From Lytechinus pictus (taxonomy: Eukaryota), in contig NC_087251.1 of assembly GCF_037042905.1 (NCBI RefSeq), positions 35,032,001 through 35,096,000 on the forward strand: a stretch of 64,000 bases of DNA, in the 5' to 3' direction. Numbering within the stretch: the first letter of the stretch is position 1; each line of letters opens with the position of its first letter. The position numbers and the translations under genes were made by a program. The notes below the pieces were generated by a model. The model did no database searches. It had not been told where the DNA came from and saw only the letters and a list, made by a program, of their open reading frames with translations. Positions 46,201 through 59,695 of this stretch are shown here, one piece after another.

Positions 46201-48686
46201 ACATTTTGCAGATCATGACTTCATAAGGATAAACAGAAAAAAAATCTGTCTTGTGTGATACATACTCTCGAAGAAGAAAAGTGCAAGTCACACACATTAA
46301 TGTCATCTCGTTGAGGGTCGTATCACATATGTGAAATAATGGAGGTAATGATTATCGTTTATGTCCTGAGTTGTCGTTCTGGGGAATAATTGCATTTTCT
46401 TGATCAAAGTCAGGACGAATGTTTCCCACGGAACACTGCCACATTCTCACTTTGAGTGGAGATTGAAAGGAGCTCCTTTAAGCCACCTGTTATATTTTTT
46501 TCGTTTGCATTCAATCAGTTAGTAAATCAAGACATTATTGTAATTTAGCACGATTCGTCACGTGCTTGTCCCGCTTGGTCACATTTTTTGCCACGTTGGT
46601 TTTTAAGGGCACGATTAATCTCAAACCCTAAACTGGAGATTCGTAGGTCAGTATAATAGCCTGGGAATTGACCGTTCCTTTTCCAGAGAGAACAGACAAC
46701 TCATCAATCATCTACAAAAAATTGCCACAATAACCATTATCATTAACACTTAACAAAATAACTAAAGATCTAAATCGCCGAAAGACCTGCAATGATCCTT
46801 ATAAATGATGCCCTGGTAATTAGTACAGTGTGGTCTCGGCAGCGCTGTCTCGTCGGCGCGTGGGTGTGCGTGCCCGATGTGAGTGAGTGATTTCTAGGGC
46901 GTGCATGAAGTGGCGCACATCCAGACCTGAAAACCGAAGATAGCATTGCGGGTCTTGCACTTGCAGGTAACAAAACGAAGTGGCGCCGTTTTAGTATGAC
47001 CTTTTGGTATTCGTTACAGTCATGCCCAAGTTGTATTTGTGGCGTTTCATCTGAGACACATTATGAGGCATTGACTGCTCATGCTGATATTCATTATAGT
47101 GTCTTTCAGACCAGTTTTTTCAACTTCCAGATTCTGTCCTCAAACAGCAAAAGTCTTTACTTAAATGTCCACAGTCTTTCCTTAGACTTCCACAAGCCTT
47201 TCCTTGTAACTCTTTCCTCATACAAAGTAGGAATATGGGAATTGAAGGTATGGATTCTTGTTTTATACAATTTGATTTAATTTAACGGATAAAACAACAT
47301 ATCAGAACATTGATACTTATATGTATGTATGTGTATGTATGCATGTATATATGAATGTATCAATTTAAAGTGATGTACACTTGATTCATTTAATAAAAAT
47401 TTAAGAGATTAACTTCGTACGGTTCAAATGTTCAACATCACGAAGCCGTCAGGGCCAAAGATCTAGTGCATGTAGTGAGGCAATAGTTGGAAAGGTCCCT
47501 TCATATCTCGATATCGTGTTGTTGATTTGGTTGTCGAAATGACAACCCAAAGGGATGATTATGTCTTGATATAATGATGATGGAATAAGCACATGTTATT
47601 TTTCAGTTTGACAAGGGTGATTATGGCTCCCTTTTAAAGCTACCAAAGTTCTCCCCGACAAAGATTGAGGGCAGTTTGCCTGATCTCATAATAGGTATCT
47701 TGAGCGTAATTTTTTCTCTTCTGAATCAGTGATAAATGGACCTGCCTCGGGCATCAAGTGGTTCTAAACGACTTACTGAAGGATGATTAAGCTCTCATAT
47801 TACCATATACTTGAGCGTAATAATTCAGCATGGACACATTCCAAGACTATTTTTATCTAACCTTGGAATGTTTTCGTTTATATATCTTGATATATTTCTT
47901 TTATTTCATTTCAAATGTCCATACGTCATTTGGCGAATGGACCGATCGTTTATTCCCTCGAGAAAGAATGATCAAATCGATGGTCAGTAACGTAATTAAC
48001 ATCACAAAGTAAGACCGTAAAACCAGATCTTTAATCTTTTCACTTGACTTTTTATTTAAAGTAATTCAACATATTGAGATCACAGAAAAATATTATAGAA
48101 AGGTGTGACTAGTAATGTCCAGGTTTTCGAAGGACCGGAAGGATAATTATTATTGATGTAGAAATGTAGCCTTATTAGACATGTTAGACCTTCTGGGCGT
48201 TCCATAATACATAGAAAGATGGATATCGATACATAATGAGGATTAATATTAAGCTAAAGTGAGTGCAGGAATTAATAAATAGATGCATGAATTAATCAAT
48301 AAAATGAAAAAGGAAATGTAATATTTCGACAGTCATTTTTCAATTTCGAGCATATGGACGCATGGCACGTGAGTGGATGTATATGGAATGCAGATAAATA
48401 TATCTACCACTCTGTTACTAAGATGAACAAAGGAAAATAATAACAAGAAAAAAAAAGAGAGACGCTTGCCAAGGAGATGCCTTAACAAAAGCAACATATT
48501 TTTGAATCCTCATAAACATCATTTAAATTAAGGATGGCACGGAGCAGGATAATTTGCCATTTCACCTTGGTGTTACCTAATCATGATTACCTCGTCACAG
48601 ACTTTAAAACTTTACTGTCATGCTACAATCACACACTTGAAATCGATTCAGTACCCATCAGTGGTATAACGTAATACACCACGACG

Positions 48687-49041
48687 TGGAAGCGTCGTGG
48701 TGTAGCGGTTCTGACTTTCGCCTTGTAATCAGAGGGTCGTGTATTCGAATCCCACCATGGCCTAGCGTCCTTTGGCAAGGCGTTAATCCACACTTTGCCA
48801 CTCTCCACCCGGGTGTTAAATGGGTACATGGTAGGATGTGAAAGCCTATATGTAGTATGCCTAGCAATTGAGTCTTGGAACTCTTGTTGGAATGCTCCCC
48901 AGGGAGTGGAGAAGGTGCATACATTGTATGCGGGCATGCAAGGATCCGATGACCGGGGTAATAATATGTCTGTAAAGCGCTTAGAGACGTCGTTCCGATG
49001 TATTAAGCGCTATATAAATGCGGAATATTATTATTATTATT
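48687..49041 (+). mobile_element. tRNA-derived SINE, second family, with L2-like tail
   Basis: A-box tggtgtagcgg, B-box ttcgaatccc, tail aagcgctatataaatg followed by (TTA)n. Confidence 0.85.
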
Positions 49042-49496
49042 CATGTACTTGGTTGGACTTGAGGCGTTGTCACTTGTGTGACTGAGGCATTCATATCTGG
49101 TGTGGGCAAGTCGATGCCCCGTTATCCTCATTACAGTCTTTGATATTTGCCCAAGTCTTCGTACTTAAAGAACATCATGGAGATGAACATGCGAGTCAAT
49201 AACGGGAATGTAATAATTTTTTTGGGATAAATTAGAAATTAGAAACAGGAAACACAAATGCCAATATTTCATAGTGCCTTGATGTACTTCGGTATTAGGA
49301 TGACCAGTCTTTGTAAGGAAGTTCTTAGATTTACCAAAACATCGTACCCATTAAGTAACATATAGTGATGTCAAGAATATTAGATCAATGTGATATTATT
49401 GAAGTACAAGTTTTATAGGCATTGCCCTACAGGCCTTGTTAGATCCCATGAAATACATTTAGGTCTTCTTTATTTCATATATTACACCGAATTAAC

Positions 49497-49638
49497 ATTT
49501 TCTGCTGTAAGAAAAATGTCTCTGTCCAGAGACATTTTTCTTACAGCAGAAAATTAGATAGTACTGGACAAAGATAGATGGAAAACCGTGACATCCAACC
49601 TCTTTAAAGAGAAGGAACAGCGGTAACGTAAGGTAAGA
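49497..49638 (+). mobile_element. 3' end of an RTE-like LINE with a perfect hairpin at its 5' junction
   Basis: encodes ..LDKDRWKTVTSNLFKEKEQR* followed by a (GTAAG)-type tail. Confidence 0.55.
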
Positions 49639-50038
49639 AAATTTTTTACTATCTATCGCTCTTGAAATGGGAACCTTGACCCATTCCGGTTCTTCCATCA
49701 TCTCAGTAAACTTGAACGTCAATTGGAGACAAATTGACCCCATATCTTCTCCATGTCGTTATGCGACCATTATCATAGATCAAATTCTGTGAGGAATATC
49801 TGCAGAATCATCACCCGATAGGTGTAACCCTAGCCGTGTTTACTTGCATGAAAACACATTAGCGTTGATCCACAGTGTGTTTGACGACCCGGTGATCTTG
49901 AGCTTCGGAATATCACCCAAACATGCCAAACATGTCTTCCGAGAGATCTATAGAGGCGAATCCCGTGTAAATGTTTGCATTTGCTCCAGGGGTCAATGGC
50001 ACGGTAGAAGGATGATGCTGCAGTCAGTCCAATGAAAC

Positions 50039-50524
50039 GGTAAATTGCCAACTCGTCCACTCACCACATGATCTACCTTCATTTCGTCTAATGACATTCC
50101 GTCCATCAACATTTCGTCTAACAACCATTTGGTCCAATCATCACTTCGTCTGATCACCAGTTCGTATATTACCAATTCGTCTAATAATCAGATGGTCTAA
50201 TACCCATTTTCTTTTCCTTCATTTTGCACAATTAACACTTTAGTTTAATTAGACCAAATGGTATATGGACTAAATGGCCATTGGACCAACTGGTTATTAG
50301 ACGGAATAGCATTAGACTAAATGAAAGTAGACCATAATGGTGAGTGAACGAACTAATGGTAGATAATTGTGATAATTCACAATAATTGTGAAGCGCTTTG
50401 AACAGTCGTAGATTGATAAAGCGCTATATAAATGTCAATTATTATTATTATTATTATTAGATCATATGATAGTAGACGAGTGGGCAATTAGACGAATTGG
50501 CATTAGACGGACTGGAAATTAACC
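50039..50524. mobile_element. MITE with GG..CC ends and 8-9-bp TSD (MuDR- or Merlin-like)
   Basis: (C)AATGAAAC duplicated at 50031-50038 and 50525-50532; internal ttcgtcta / tagacgaa motif arrays in opposite orientation. Confidence 0.85.
50362..50458 (+). mobile_element. L2/SINE 3' tail inserted into the MITE
   Basis: gtgaagcgctttga..aaagcgctatataaatg followed by (TTA)n. Confidence 0.75.
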
Positions 50525-52399
50525 AATGAAACTGACTCCAAACCGACCAATGATATGCCATTCCTGCAAGTGCACTAGCTTAGATCGGTCTGGAGTCGCC
50601 TTTGTTGGTGTGACGGTAGCAGCAAGCAAGGTAATATGGAACGTGAAGAAGAGCAAAAGGAAGTAGATCAGTGGCTCGATGTCATGTTCACGAACATCAC
50701 TGTCGAAGACCACGTGATCTCAGGTCACTTGTAGTTGTACGTCAGAGGTGAAAGCACTGACCCACTGCCCTTTCGAATGTATCCATTTAAATCTTCTGAA
50801 ATTGGGATCAACACTTATTTGGTTACAATATTAAGGTTACTAGAAAATGTATGACATAAGGCAATAATTACTGTATGTATTACTGTAGAGCTACTTTTGC
50901 TTTTTATACTGTTGTCGTTGTTCATGTTTGCATTATTGTTATTATTATAATCACCATTTGATATTAATTGTCGTTACTTATTGAACAGTTCAAGGCAAAA
51001 AGTCCATCTTAGATTTGTTTTAATGAGTAAATTCAATCAAACAAGACAAGTGCAGTGAAAAAAAAGGTCGGAAATAAACCACAAAAATTTGATGTTTTGA
51101 ACTTTGTACTTTCCGCTATTCATTCAACACAAGTTGATTAGGTGTTGGCCTTTTCTCATCACCGACATTGTCTTGGGACAGTATAATGATGTTGTATTTG
51201 ATAATTGTCTTTATGATTTTCCATTTTGTTCACAAACTCGAATACTGATCAACAGCTAATCTCTCGTTTATTAATTTACATGCATGAGAGTCAGTGTGTT
51301 TTATTTCGAGGAATAATTATGCATCACTGATTACATTGTTTTTTGCTTTAATATCATGGGGATAGATGACGAATAAGTGGATTTCAAATTGTTCTCCATT
51401 TTTGTGTTTTCCATAGAGGTTGGATACCACTTTGTGCTCTTATATCTTGTTTGTGGGGGTAAGCTCTTGGTCTCTTCTTTCCACTCATCTCTGTAGGAGA
51501 GCAAAACTATTCCTTCCTCTCACTCATCTTCAAACTCACACTGATTGATATATTTATAGTATTTACCATGGTAACGTATAGACACCCCACGACGCATATA
51601 TACGAGAGGATATGAGTGACATTCACGAATGAACTTGATGCTACATGGTTCTGTTAAATGCCAGCATATTTTCCTGGGCAAATTAGTCCTTCGGTATTCT
51701 TCAAGATTCAATTCATATATTGATTATGTACACCTTTTAAAAGTGACATATTAACAGACATAATAAAATGCCCACGCATACGTGTTCTAAAGACAGTGAA
51801 AATCATGATAAACAATTCAAGAACAGGTTTTTTTGCTTCCTGATATCGCCTATTCCACATCCAAACAAATTTCGAAATGCTAAATACGTGAAAATGGACC
51901 GGTTTTCCGATATGGAGATAATCTTTTTCCTTTGTGACGTTGTATTTTCATGACATGTCTTATTTCCGACACCTGAGTAGGTATAAAGTATGGCATTCCC
52001 AATAAATCTCTACAAAGGATGCATATGAATAGAGGAGTTGATAATGGATTCGGAAAAAAGTGATAAATGAAGCACTAAATGCTTTTAAAAGATATAGTTC
52101 TTAGGAGAAATGATTAGGAGAAATGTGTTGATTCTAATTTTCGTTGATGTGTTATGACACCAATCTATCACAATTTGTTCTGAAACAAAAGTCCATATTT
52201 CTAAATGTAGTTGATAACGGCGATCCACTTTCGTTCGCAAAGGAAGAACCAAACGCAACCTAAAATTCCATTGATTAAAGCAGAAGCACTGAAAGTGTGC
52301 ACAAGTTGAAACAACAAGTTCAGGGTAGGGAAGAATAGACAATATCATATCTTTTCAAATTATTTCCCTAATTAGTAATCATTATGTTCTTTCCAGTTA

Positions 52400-52950
52400 T
52401 TTTGTCTGGGCACAATATTTTCTGACATCCCACACATCCGGGTGCTACATGTAATTCTACGATTATTGGTTGTTCAAGAACCCAGCAAGGCGACAGTTGC
52501 CAGAAATGAACCCTATGAAGTATTTGGAACCAGCCAGATCACTTAGTACACTCCTTGGATTAAGCATATAGAATACCTCAGAAGACCTTTGACAAATATT
52601 AGCACAGCAGACTGACAAACGACACCAAAAACCTTTATCTTTGGATAGATCCCAGCAAAGAGAAAAAGTCAACCAACTCGTATCCATTGAGGAAAGTGAT
52701 TCCCAATGGCGGAAATCGGAAGTATTAGTTGGTTTTGTCAACAGGAATCAAAAGGGTTGTACTTCCCACCGCCATCTCTACCTTCTATATCGCCTTACAT
52801 CATCGCCCTTCCACCCCCACTCGATAACCGCCTGATGGTGAGGGCAAATTCTTATTCCAAAACTTTCAAGACGCTTCCTACGTCTTTCCTATCAATCTTT
52901 GCAATTAGGAGATCCGATAAAAATCTACACTCTTTTACGAGTCTACCTTG
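52400..52950 (+). mobile_element. Possible highly degraded I/Nimb-type LINE remnant
   Basis: weak echoes of RNase H (HPTHPGATCN versus WIPSHxGIxGN) and a downstream zinc-knuckle region, with stops and frameshifts. Confidence 0.25.
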
Positions 52951-54436
52951 AGTTGATTTCATCATCGAGTGAAATCATCCGCATTTGAATTGTTAGACCT
53001 TTAGCAAAGAAGTCCCCTCCAACGTGTTGGGTTTCAGGCCTTCAATATTCATGGTCCTACTTATGAATCCTTCGTACACAATGAGGAAGGTACTTTCACA
53101 ATCCAAAAACGCTTGTCTATTTAAGCAACGAAGATTTCTGCTTTCTGCACGTGTTCTCTTTTACAAATTAATAATATATAAAAGATATGGAGTATAGAAA
53201 TGTGTAATGTTATAAAAATAAACCATGATTTATATTAATGAGGTATCATTAAAATCAACACTTGTTTAGCCTTTGTTTGAATTGTCATGTCCAAAAATTA
53301 CAATCGACTTGTAAACTGCCTTTGGATGTGCAGACGTGCATAATTTTCGAGACATTCCGTTTCCGCGCTACAAAGCATAACGACTTCCGACAAAGATATA
53401 ACAGTGTCCTTGAAATTTTATGACCTTATCATCGTTTAATATTGTACTTACTAAAATTGCAGGATATTATGATGAAATTCGATATGTGTTGAAATAGTTT
53501 TGTATATTGTCCATGTGAACATTTAGTCTTCGGTTGAGGAAGGATGTAATATAATGGGCGTGTTATTTATTCAATGTCTACATCTTGGGTATAAAACTTT
53601 AAAGACTTTAAATTTGGCTGCTCACATTGTATACAACCAGTTGTGTTTTGACACGTTAGGAAAATATTTATTGTGTTTTGACAAAAGAAAACAAAAATGT
53701 TTCAAGTAAGTTCAAGAAATTTACCTCAGTATGAAAGCATGTATGAATACATCTAGTTAGATATTGTTTAAACCATGGACCTAGGTCCATGTTTGAACCA
53801 ATACAAGTGATTTCTAATATGCATTTTGGAGATAATGGAAAGTTATTTAAAACATCACATAAATTCATACACTAACAAATGCTCACTGGGAAAATATTAC
53901 ATTTTCCCACTTTATCACGCTATGTAGGTCGCACGGAAAAGTGAGAAGCGATTGCAGACTTTTGGTTTTCAGGAAACTTGAAAGGAAAATGTTGAACTTA
54001 ATTGCATCCTTGCCATTTCCTATGCAGCATACGGGGCACTCGTTTACGTCACACCGTCCATGGAAGCAATATTAACCTCGAAAATGGAGGGTGTGGAATA
54101 AAATCATTCGTTGCAATACATTTCCCCCTTTCCTTTCTCATCAGGGAAGTGCTGACGGAAATGAAAATTGCAGGTATGGTATCGTTGTATTGATCTTGAG
54201 TAACTGTGCTCGCAATCTTGACAAAGTCAACAGGATGATGATAACCTTTGATTGAAAGGACTCTCAGATGAGATGTTGGAACCTTCAACTTGGGTGATTT
54301 TCAGGCTATTTACAGCAACTAAAAAGTTGATTGCATGACAGTATCTATGTTATTTTTAACTTTAACGAATTCACTCAAATTGTTATTAAAGTTTTCCCGC
54401 CAACGGACAGAAAATATCTTAAGACTTGCTTACTTT

Positions 54437-54737
54437 GTGGACACGTCGTTGTCTAGTGGTTCTGACTCACGTCTTTCAAACAGAAGGTCAGGGGTTTGAT
54501 TCCAAGCCATTGCGTCTTTTCTTTCTGCAAGAAATTTAACGAGACTGTTCTGCCTTCGATCCAGGCGAGGTAAATGGGTATCCAGTAGGATTAATTCCTT
54601 AAATGTTATTATAAGTGGTATCTCGACTACAGACGAGGTGATCATGGTGATAATAGTTGTGCTTAATATGGAGGTAGTTCTACTTCCATGTTTGTATCCT
54701 CTGGCAACAAGCGCTATATAGATCCAGCTATTATTTT
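54437..54737 (+). mobile_element. Diverged tRNA-derived SINE
   Basis: gtctagtggttctgactc..ggtttgattcc head, core remnants, aagcgctatata tail. Confidence 0.75.
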
Positions 54738-57159
54738 AATGGAAATCTTGAACCTACCTCAATTTTCAGATTCTTTGAAATGGTATGCACCATCACGCGC
54801 CGATACAGGAAACCAAACACTTCAGAATAACATTCACGTGACAAAATAAATGAAGTGATTATATCATTGTTCGATTGTGAAATGTTCTGGTATATCAATC
54901 ACTCCAAGATGATAGCAAACACATGGAAATGAATCCTTACCGTTGAACAGCATTCCCGGTTTGCAATCCTTTCATCGGACATCGTAAGCACTTGGTACAT
55001 TTTTTTTTTTCTGAAAACATTCATTTTCCTTTTTGAAAAAAAAGTATTCGCTGGGAAATCTGAATTTTCGTTGAACATTCCTTCACGAACCAGTTAAGCC
55101 GTGCCAAATTTTCGCCAAATCTTTTGGGGGATGTTATGTATCACAGTGCTTGAAATCTGAAGGCTACTAAGTAAGACATTGTGTATTTTTCCTGCCAGAA
55201 TGTGCGACAGAACTGGAGCAAAAGACGATTTATTTTACATACCAAGCTAGTTTCTTTTTTTCTTCCAAGTTTCATACCCATTGTCTCTGCCTACTTTAAA
55301 TGCTAAAATTAGGTTCACTGGGTTTTCGATGAGAACTAGATTTTCTGACCTCAATACTTTCTTATCAATGAGTTTCTTGATATAGGAAATAGTCATAGTA
55401 ATTTATAAGATACATAACCAACAAAACTATAATCTATAAGGTTCCATGAGTATATATGGACCAGGAGATCTAATCCTTTTGCACACATAATTATTATATA
55501 AATGTTTATATATGCTGAAGATGAATCACAGAGTCATTTTTTAGCCTAAGCTTTATACGAATTTGACGGTGTTCAACTTAATCAATTTGAGTCTGGGCGT
55601 AAAGTGCGTAAAAACTGATCCCATGTGTTAATGTACATATACCATGCATACCTTAGCCCTGTATTGTGCAATGGACCGAAAATACTATAGTCTTTGAGCT
55701 AAATTACCTCTAAATTTGTAGTAAAAATATAATATAGTATTATTATTACTAGTAGTATAAGTTTAAAAATTAACAAGAAGTAGTTGGCATAGTAGTTGAA
55801 GGCATAATAGTAAATTGTGAAACAGAAACAAAATAAATAACTGTGGAATAACAACAACAAGGCAATAATATTAATATTAATGATAATAATGATAAAAATA
55901 ATATTGATATTTATATTGCGATTTTGACAAAGGAATACCTAATTATACCTTTCGCCTGTTTCGCTATTCCCTCCAGTACGTTTTCAGTTTTTACCATCCC
56001 CTCTACTGTATATCTCCCACATTCCACTTCTTCCGTGATGTTAACAAGATGGAATTTCCACCAAAATACCATATATCCCCAAATCCATCCGAATCATCTT
56101 CTACCCTCTTGTCACCCCGGTAATCCCACATTCACCAAATTTCTCTATAAAATTTGACCTAATACCACCCCAATTTCTTTTATTCATTTCATTCTTGCGC
56201 ATGGGATCGTGGAAATTGCTCGTTTCCAGCAAGTGAGAGGATTCCATGTTGCTATCTATTATCATGTCATTGAAAACATCCGATTTCTGCTCTCCGTAAC
56301 ATCCGTTTTAGGGATAACAACAAATCGTCTTGAATTACAGAGGATGAGGATCTATGGATACCGACAGAATCACAATCATGGCAACGATAACTAGCTACAA
56401 GTGGGACCGATTAAAGGAGACACTTTTGAGTGACATGTTACCCATCCTGTCATGTAATTATCGTCTTAGAAAAAGTGATTAACTCATTATCGCTGACGAA
56501 ATCCACGATTTGCCTTCTTCGATTACGCGGTTATGTATTTTTTTTGGTTGTTGCTAGCAAACTGGATGAACTGATTTTGTATCAAATATTGTTTAGCATG
56601 TTTAGTGAAATGGATCGTGAATATAGTTCCGGTATGTATACTAAAACGATAATCGCACATATCTTTAAAAAAAAAAATGTCTGGAATGAATATTGTTAAC
56701 GATTTCAGTTTCTTTGAAACTTCTGATATCTCGAATTTTCACAAAATTTTTCTGAACTGATACCTTTTAAAAGAAATTTAGATGCATGATGTCAATTAAA
56801 TCGATTCCAGTACCTTTCCTTTAAGTATTTTTGATAGCCAATGAACTGTGTAATTGGTGTCAGTATTAAATATCCAATAAACTAGGAGAGAGCTTCCTTG
56901 AAGTGGGGAGGGGGCAATGAAACCTGGTGAGGTCATTGATCAAGTTTAAGAACTTTCTTGGTTACAACGTGGCGGACGTTCACCGTTTAGTGATGACTCC
57001 CTTGCTAACCGAGTTACTAATTGGGTGCTGAATGATACCACTCATGCCCTCATCCAAACACCTTAAAGAGACAAGCGATGAAGTGAGAAGGAATGTTCTT
57101 CTCTGCGAGACCCCTTAAAGGCGATGTGCCACAACCAGCTATGATACTATCAGCTCAAT

Positions 57160-57305
57160 TCCAGGGGAGAATTTAATGAATACCGCTCTCAGTGATTTTC
57201 ATCGTATTCATATGCTATCAGCCAATTAGATGCAACGATTTTCAGTGACATAATTATCACAACTGTCAGTGAAAATCACTGTCAAATTTATTATTAAATG
57301 CCCCT
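57160..57305. mobile_element. Degenerate MITE
   Basis: IR cagtgattttca / tgaaaatcactg; gggg..cccc ends. Confidence 0.5.
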
Positions 57306-59511
57306 AACATCTCTTGGTTCATTTTCCTTTTCATTTGTGTGTTTTATCCTATTTTGTACATATTTGTAATGTTTTCTTTCATATATTATTGTGGAAGTAA
57401 ATTATTTTATTTTATCTTATTTAATCTCTAAGTAACTATTTGAGACTTGTCTTGATTATAACATGTATAATGTAGGAAGATAGCAAATTTATCTTCTGTT
57501 TTGGTTGTCTTACCTCAAACAAGTGACCAAGGAAAGTTAGAATGTTGCTGCCCGAAATGCCGATAGGCAAAGATTATCACGTGATAAATTGTAGATGAGC
57601 CCAATAAGCATGAGGTGATATTCTGCTTTTTGCTTTTCTCTCAAGTTAACAGTCATAACGAACATTATAATGATTTGGAGTAAATAAAAAATTGAAGGTA
57701 TCTTATACAGTATTTATATGAATACCTTTGGTAAAAGTCTGTTACACTGTGTACTATATTAGATAAAAGTTTGTTGCACTCTATATTATCTTTCACATAG
57801 CGAACTTCAGAAACAGTAGTGCATTACATTACAATGCATGAATTTGCAACTACACGTGCGTTTAGAATAACCCATTGCAAAGATCTTTAAGTTTACAAGA
57901 GTATCTTGGGACTTCTGCCCTTAAAATTCCAATATCTGCTGATTTCCTATATGTCGTCGTCACGTTTACACATTATCCAAGAACCCACTTTTATTCTAAG
58001 AATCTGGGACTGCAATATCCCTTCAGAATCTGAAGATCAGTGTATTGAAAGCACATCATTTTGTGAAGTCACTTAACTTTTCACTTAAGTCTTACTGATA
58101 TTTCCTTTAAACATATTGATCATAGGTATTTTTCCTCTAGCGAGGTGAATGGCATCATTGATTTCACGTTTGGAACAGCTTTGTCATGTACAATTAACCA
58201 GTTGTTTTTTACTTGTATATGACAAGGAATCAATACTTAACCACGGACTCTTACAAATAATACACAATCAGATCGATCTTTAGTCTTTATAGTCAAGGTT
58301 AATCACCATTCGATTATTCTGCAGGGGTCTCGCCTTTAGATTATGCGATGGATGATTAATTTATTTTCTGTGATGTTATAGCAGTTGTATAAACCTCTTA
58401 AATAAGCAATTGTTTTAGAAAGACTTCAGGTACCTGCATTTGCTAATGAACATTTGGGGTTTGCTGAGACGAATTCATGTTTAACATTTTTAAGGGTTGC
58501 CACGAACACCTGTAATTGAGGGAAGTCAGCATTTTTATCAAATATATTGACCCCCATGCATGTGTATACCCATCATATGAATTTATTTATTTACGATATT
58601 TCTAGGTTCACATATAACTGAGAATAATAGAAAAGACCGAGGATAGACTCCAGAAACATGCCCTAATATATATATAAAAACACAACATTGAAGTTAATCA
58701 GATGAAATTACATATAATCAAAATGTTAAGTTCGCTCTGCAAAACAGATTGATTTTGATTATTTTGTTTTGCCTAAAGTGAATTCGTTTTTACGCATTTT
58801 TTTTATCAGAAATTTGCTGAAAACGCTATAGCCATATTTCGCCAAGACATTGATGTTTATAATTGTTGATTCAATTATTTTCTACCCACATTCTTTCTTT
58901 ATTTTTATATTTGCTATATTTGATAGTCATATCAGGGGTAATTCTCTTGTTAGACCGTTTAAACAATGTTTCCCTGTTACAGGTTAACAATTAATACTCT
59001 TCATACTTTATCATTGCCTAATCACTTGGAGTGATTGATTTAACAGATCTGTCCTAATTAGGAAATTGATAGAAACCGCACTAGTCACTTAGCTAAGCTT
59101 TAACTAATTGAGAAGTTCAATGAAATGTGCTTAGCAATCAACCATATTGCAGAATCTTTGACGAGGGATTTCGATGAAAACCCACCTCATCCACGAAATT
59201 TATGCTGCACGGGAATTAAAATTATGATCTGATGCCCACCCGGTCAATAACTGAGTTTACTGGGTCGTCATGGTCAAAAACACTCACCGCTTAAACAAAA
59301 CGGTTTCTATTGCCGAATTCAGTGACGGGGCGATGATGGATTTATGTGGATTAAAAAGTCATCAGATTTGAATCACGACACGAATGGACTGGGGAGCACG
59401 AATGATGCCATAGGTCTACTAGAGTTCCAATGGAGGATTACCAGAATTTTAGATGTTAATTTCATGTTCATCTGGGGCGATCAACACCAGTGTTTAGTTC
59501 TTCTCTAATCT

Positions 59512-59695
59512 ATCGGTGATTTATAAAGCTATTCCTAAGTTAAGAATGACGTTACGAACGACTGGTTACCCTTTTCTTGTGTTATATGTTTCATCCCAAT
59601 CATACCAATGTAGCTGAATTGGCACTGAAAAATTGTTCTAATCATGCGTTAAGTCGTATGTAACTTTACCAACAGCTATATGAAGTAACCACCAT
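59512..59695. mobile_element. Degenerate copy of MITE family B
   Basis: ataaagct..taagtta..acgactgg ... aacagctatatgaa matches the split MITE at 5157/11075. Confidence 0.65.

Noticed and set aside
48687..48760. tRNA gene (also the heads at ~2692, ~24325, 29319 and 54437)
   Set aside because: No complete cloverleaf, and each continues into a SINE body and tail.
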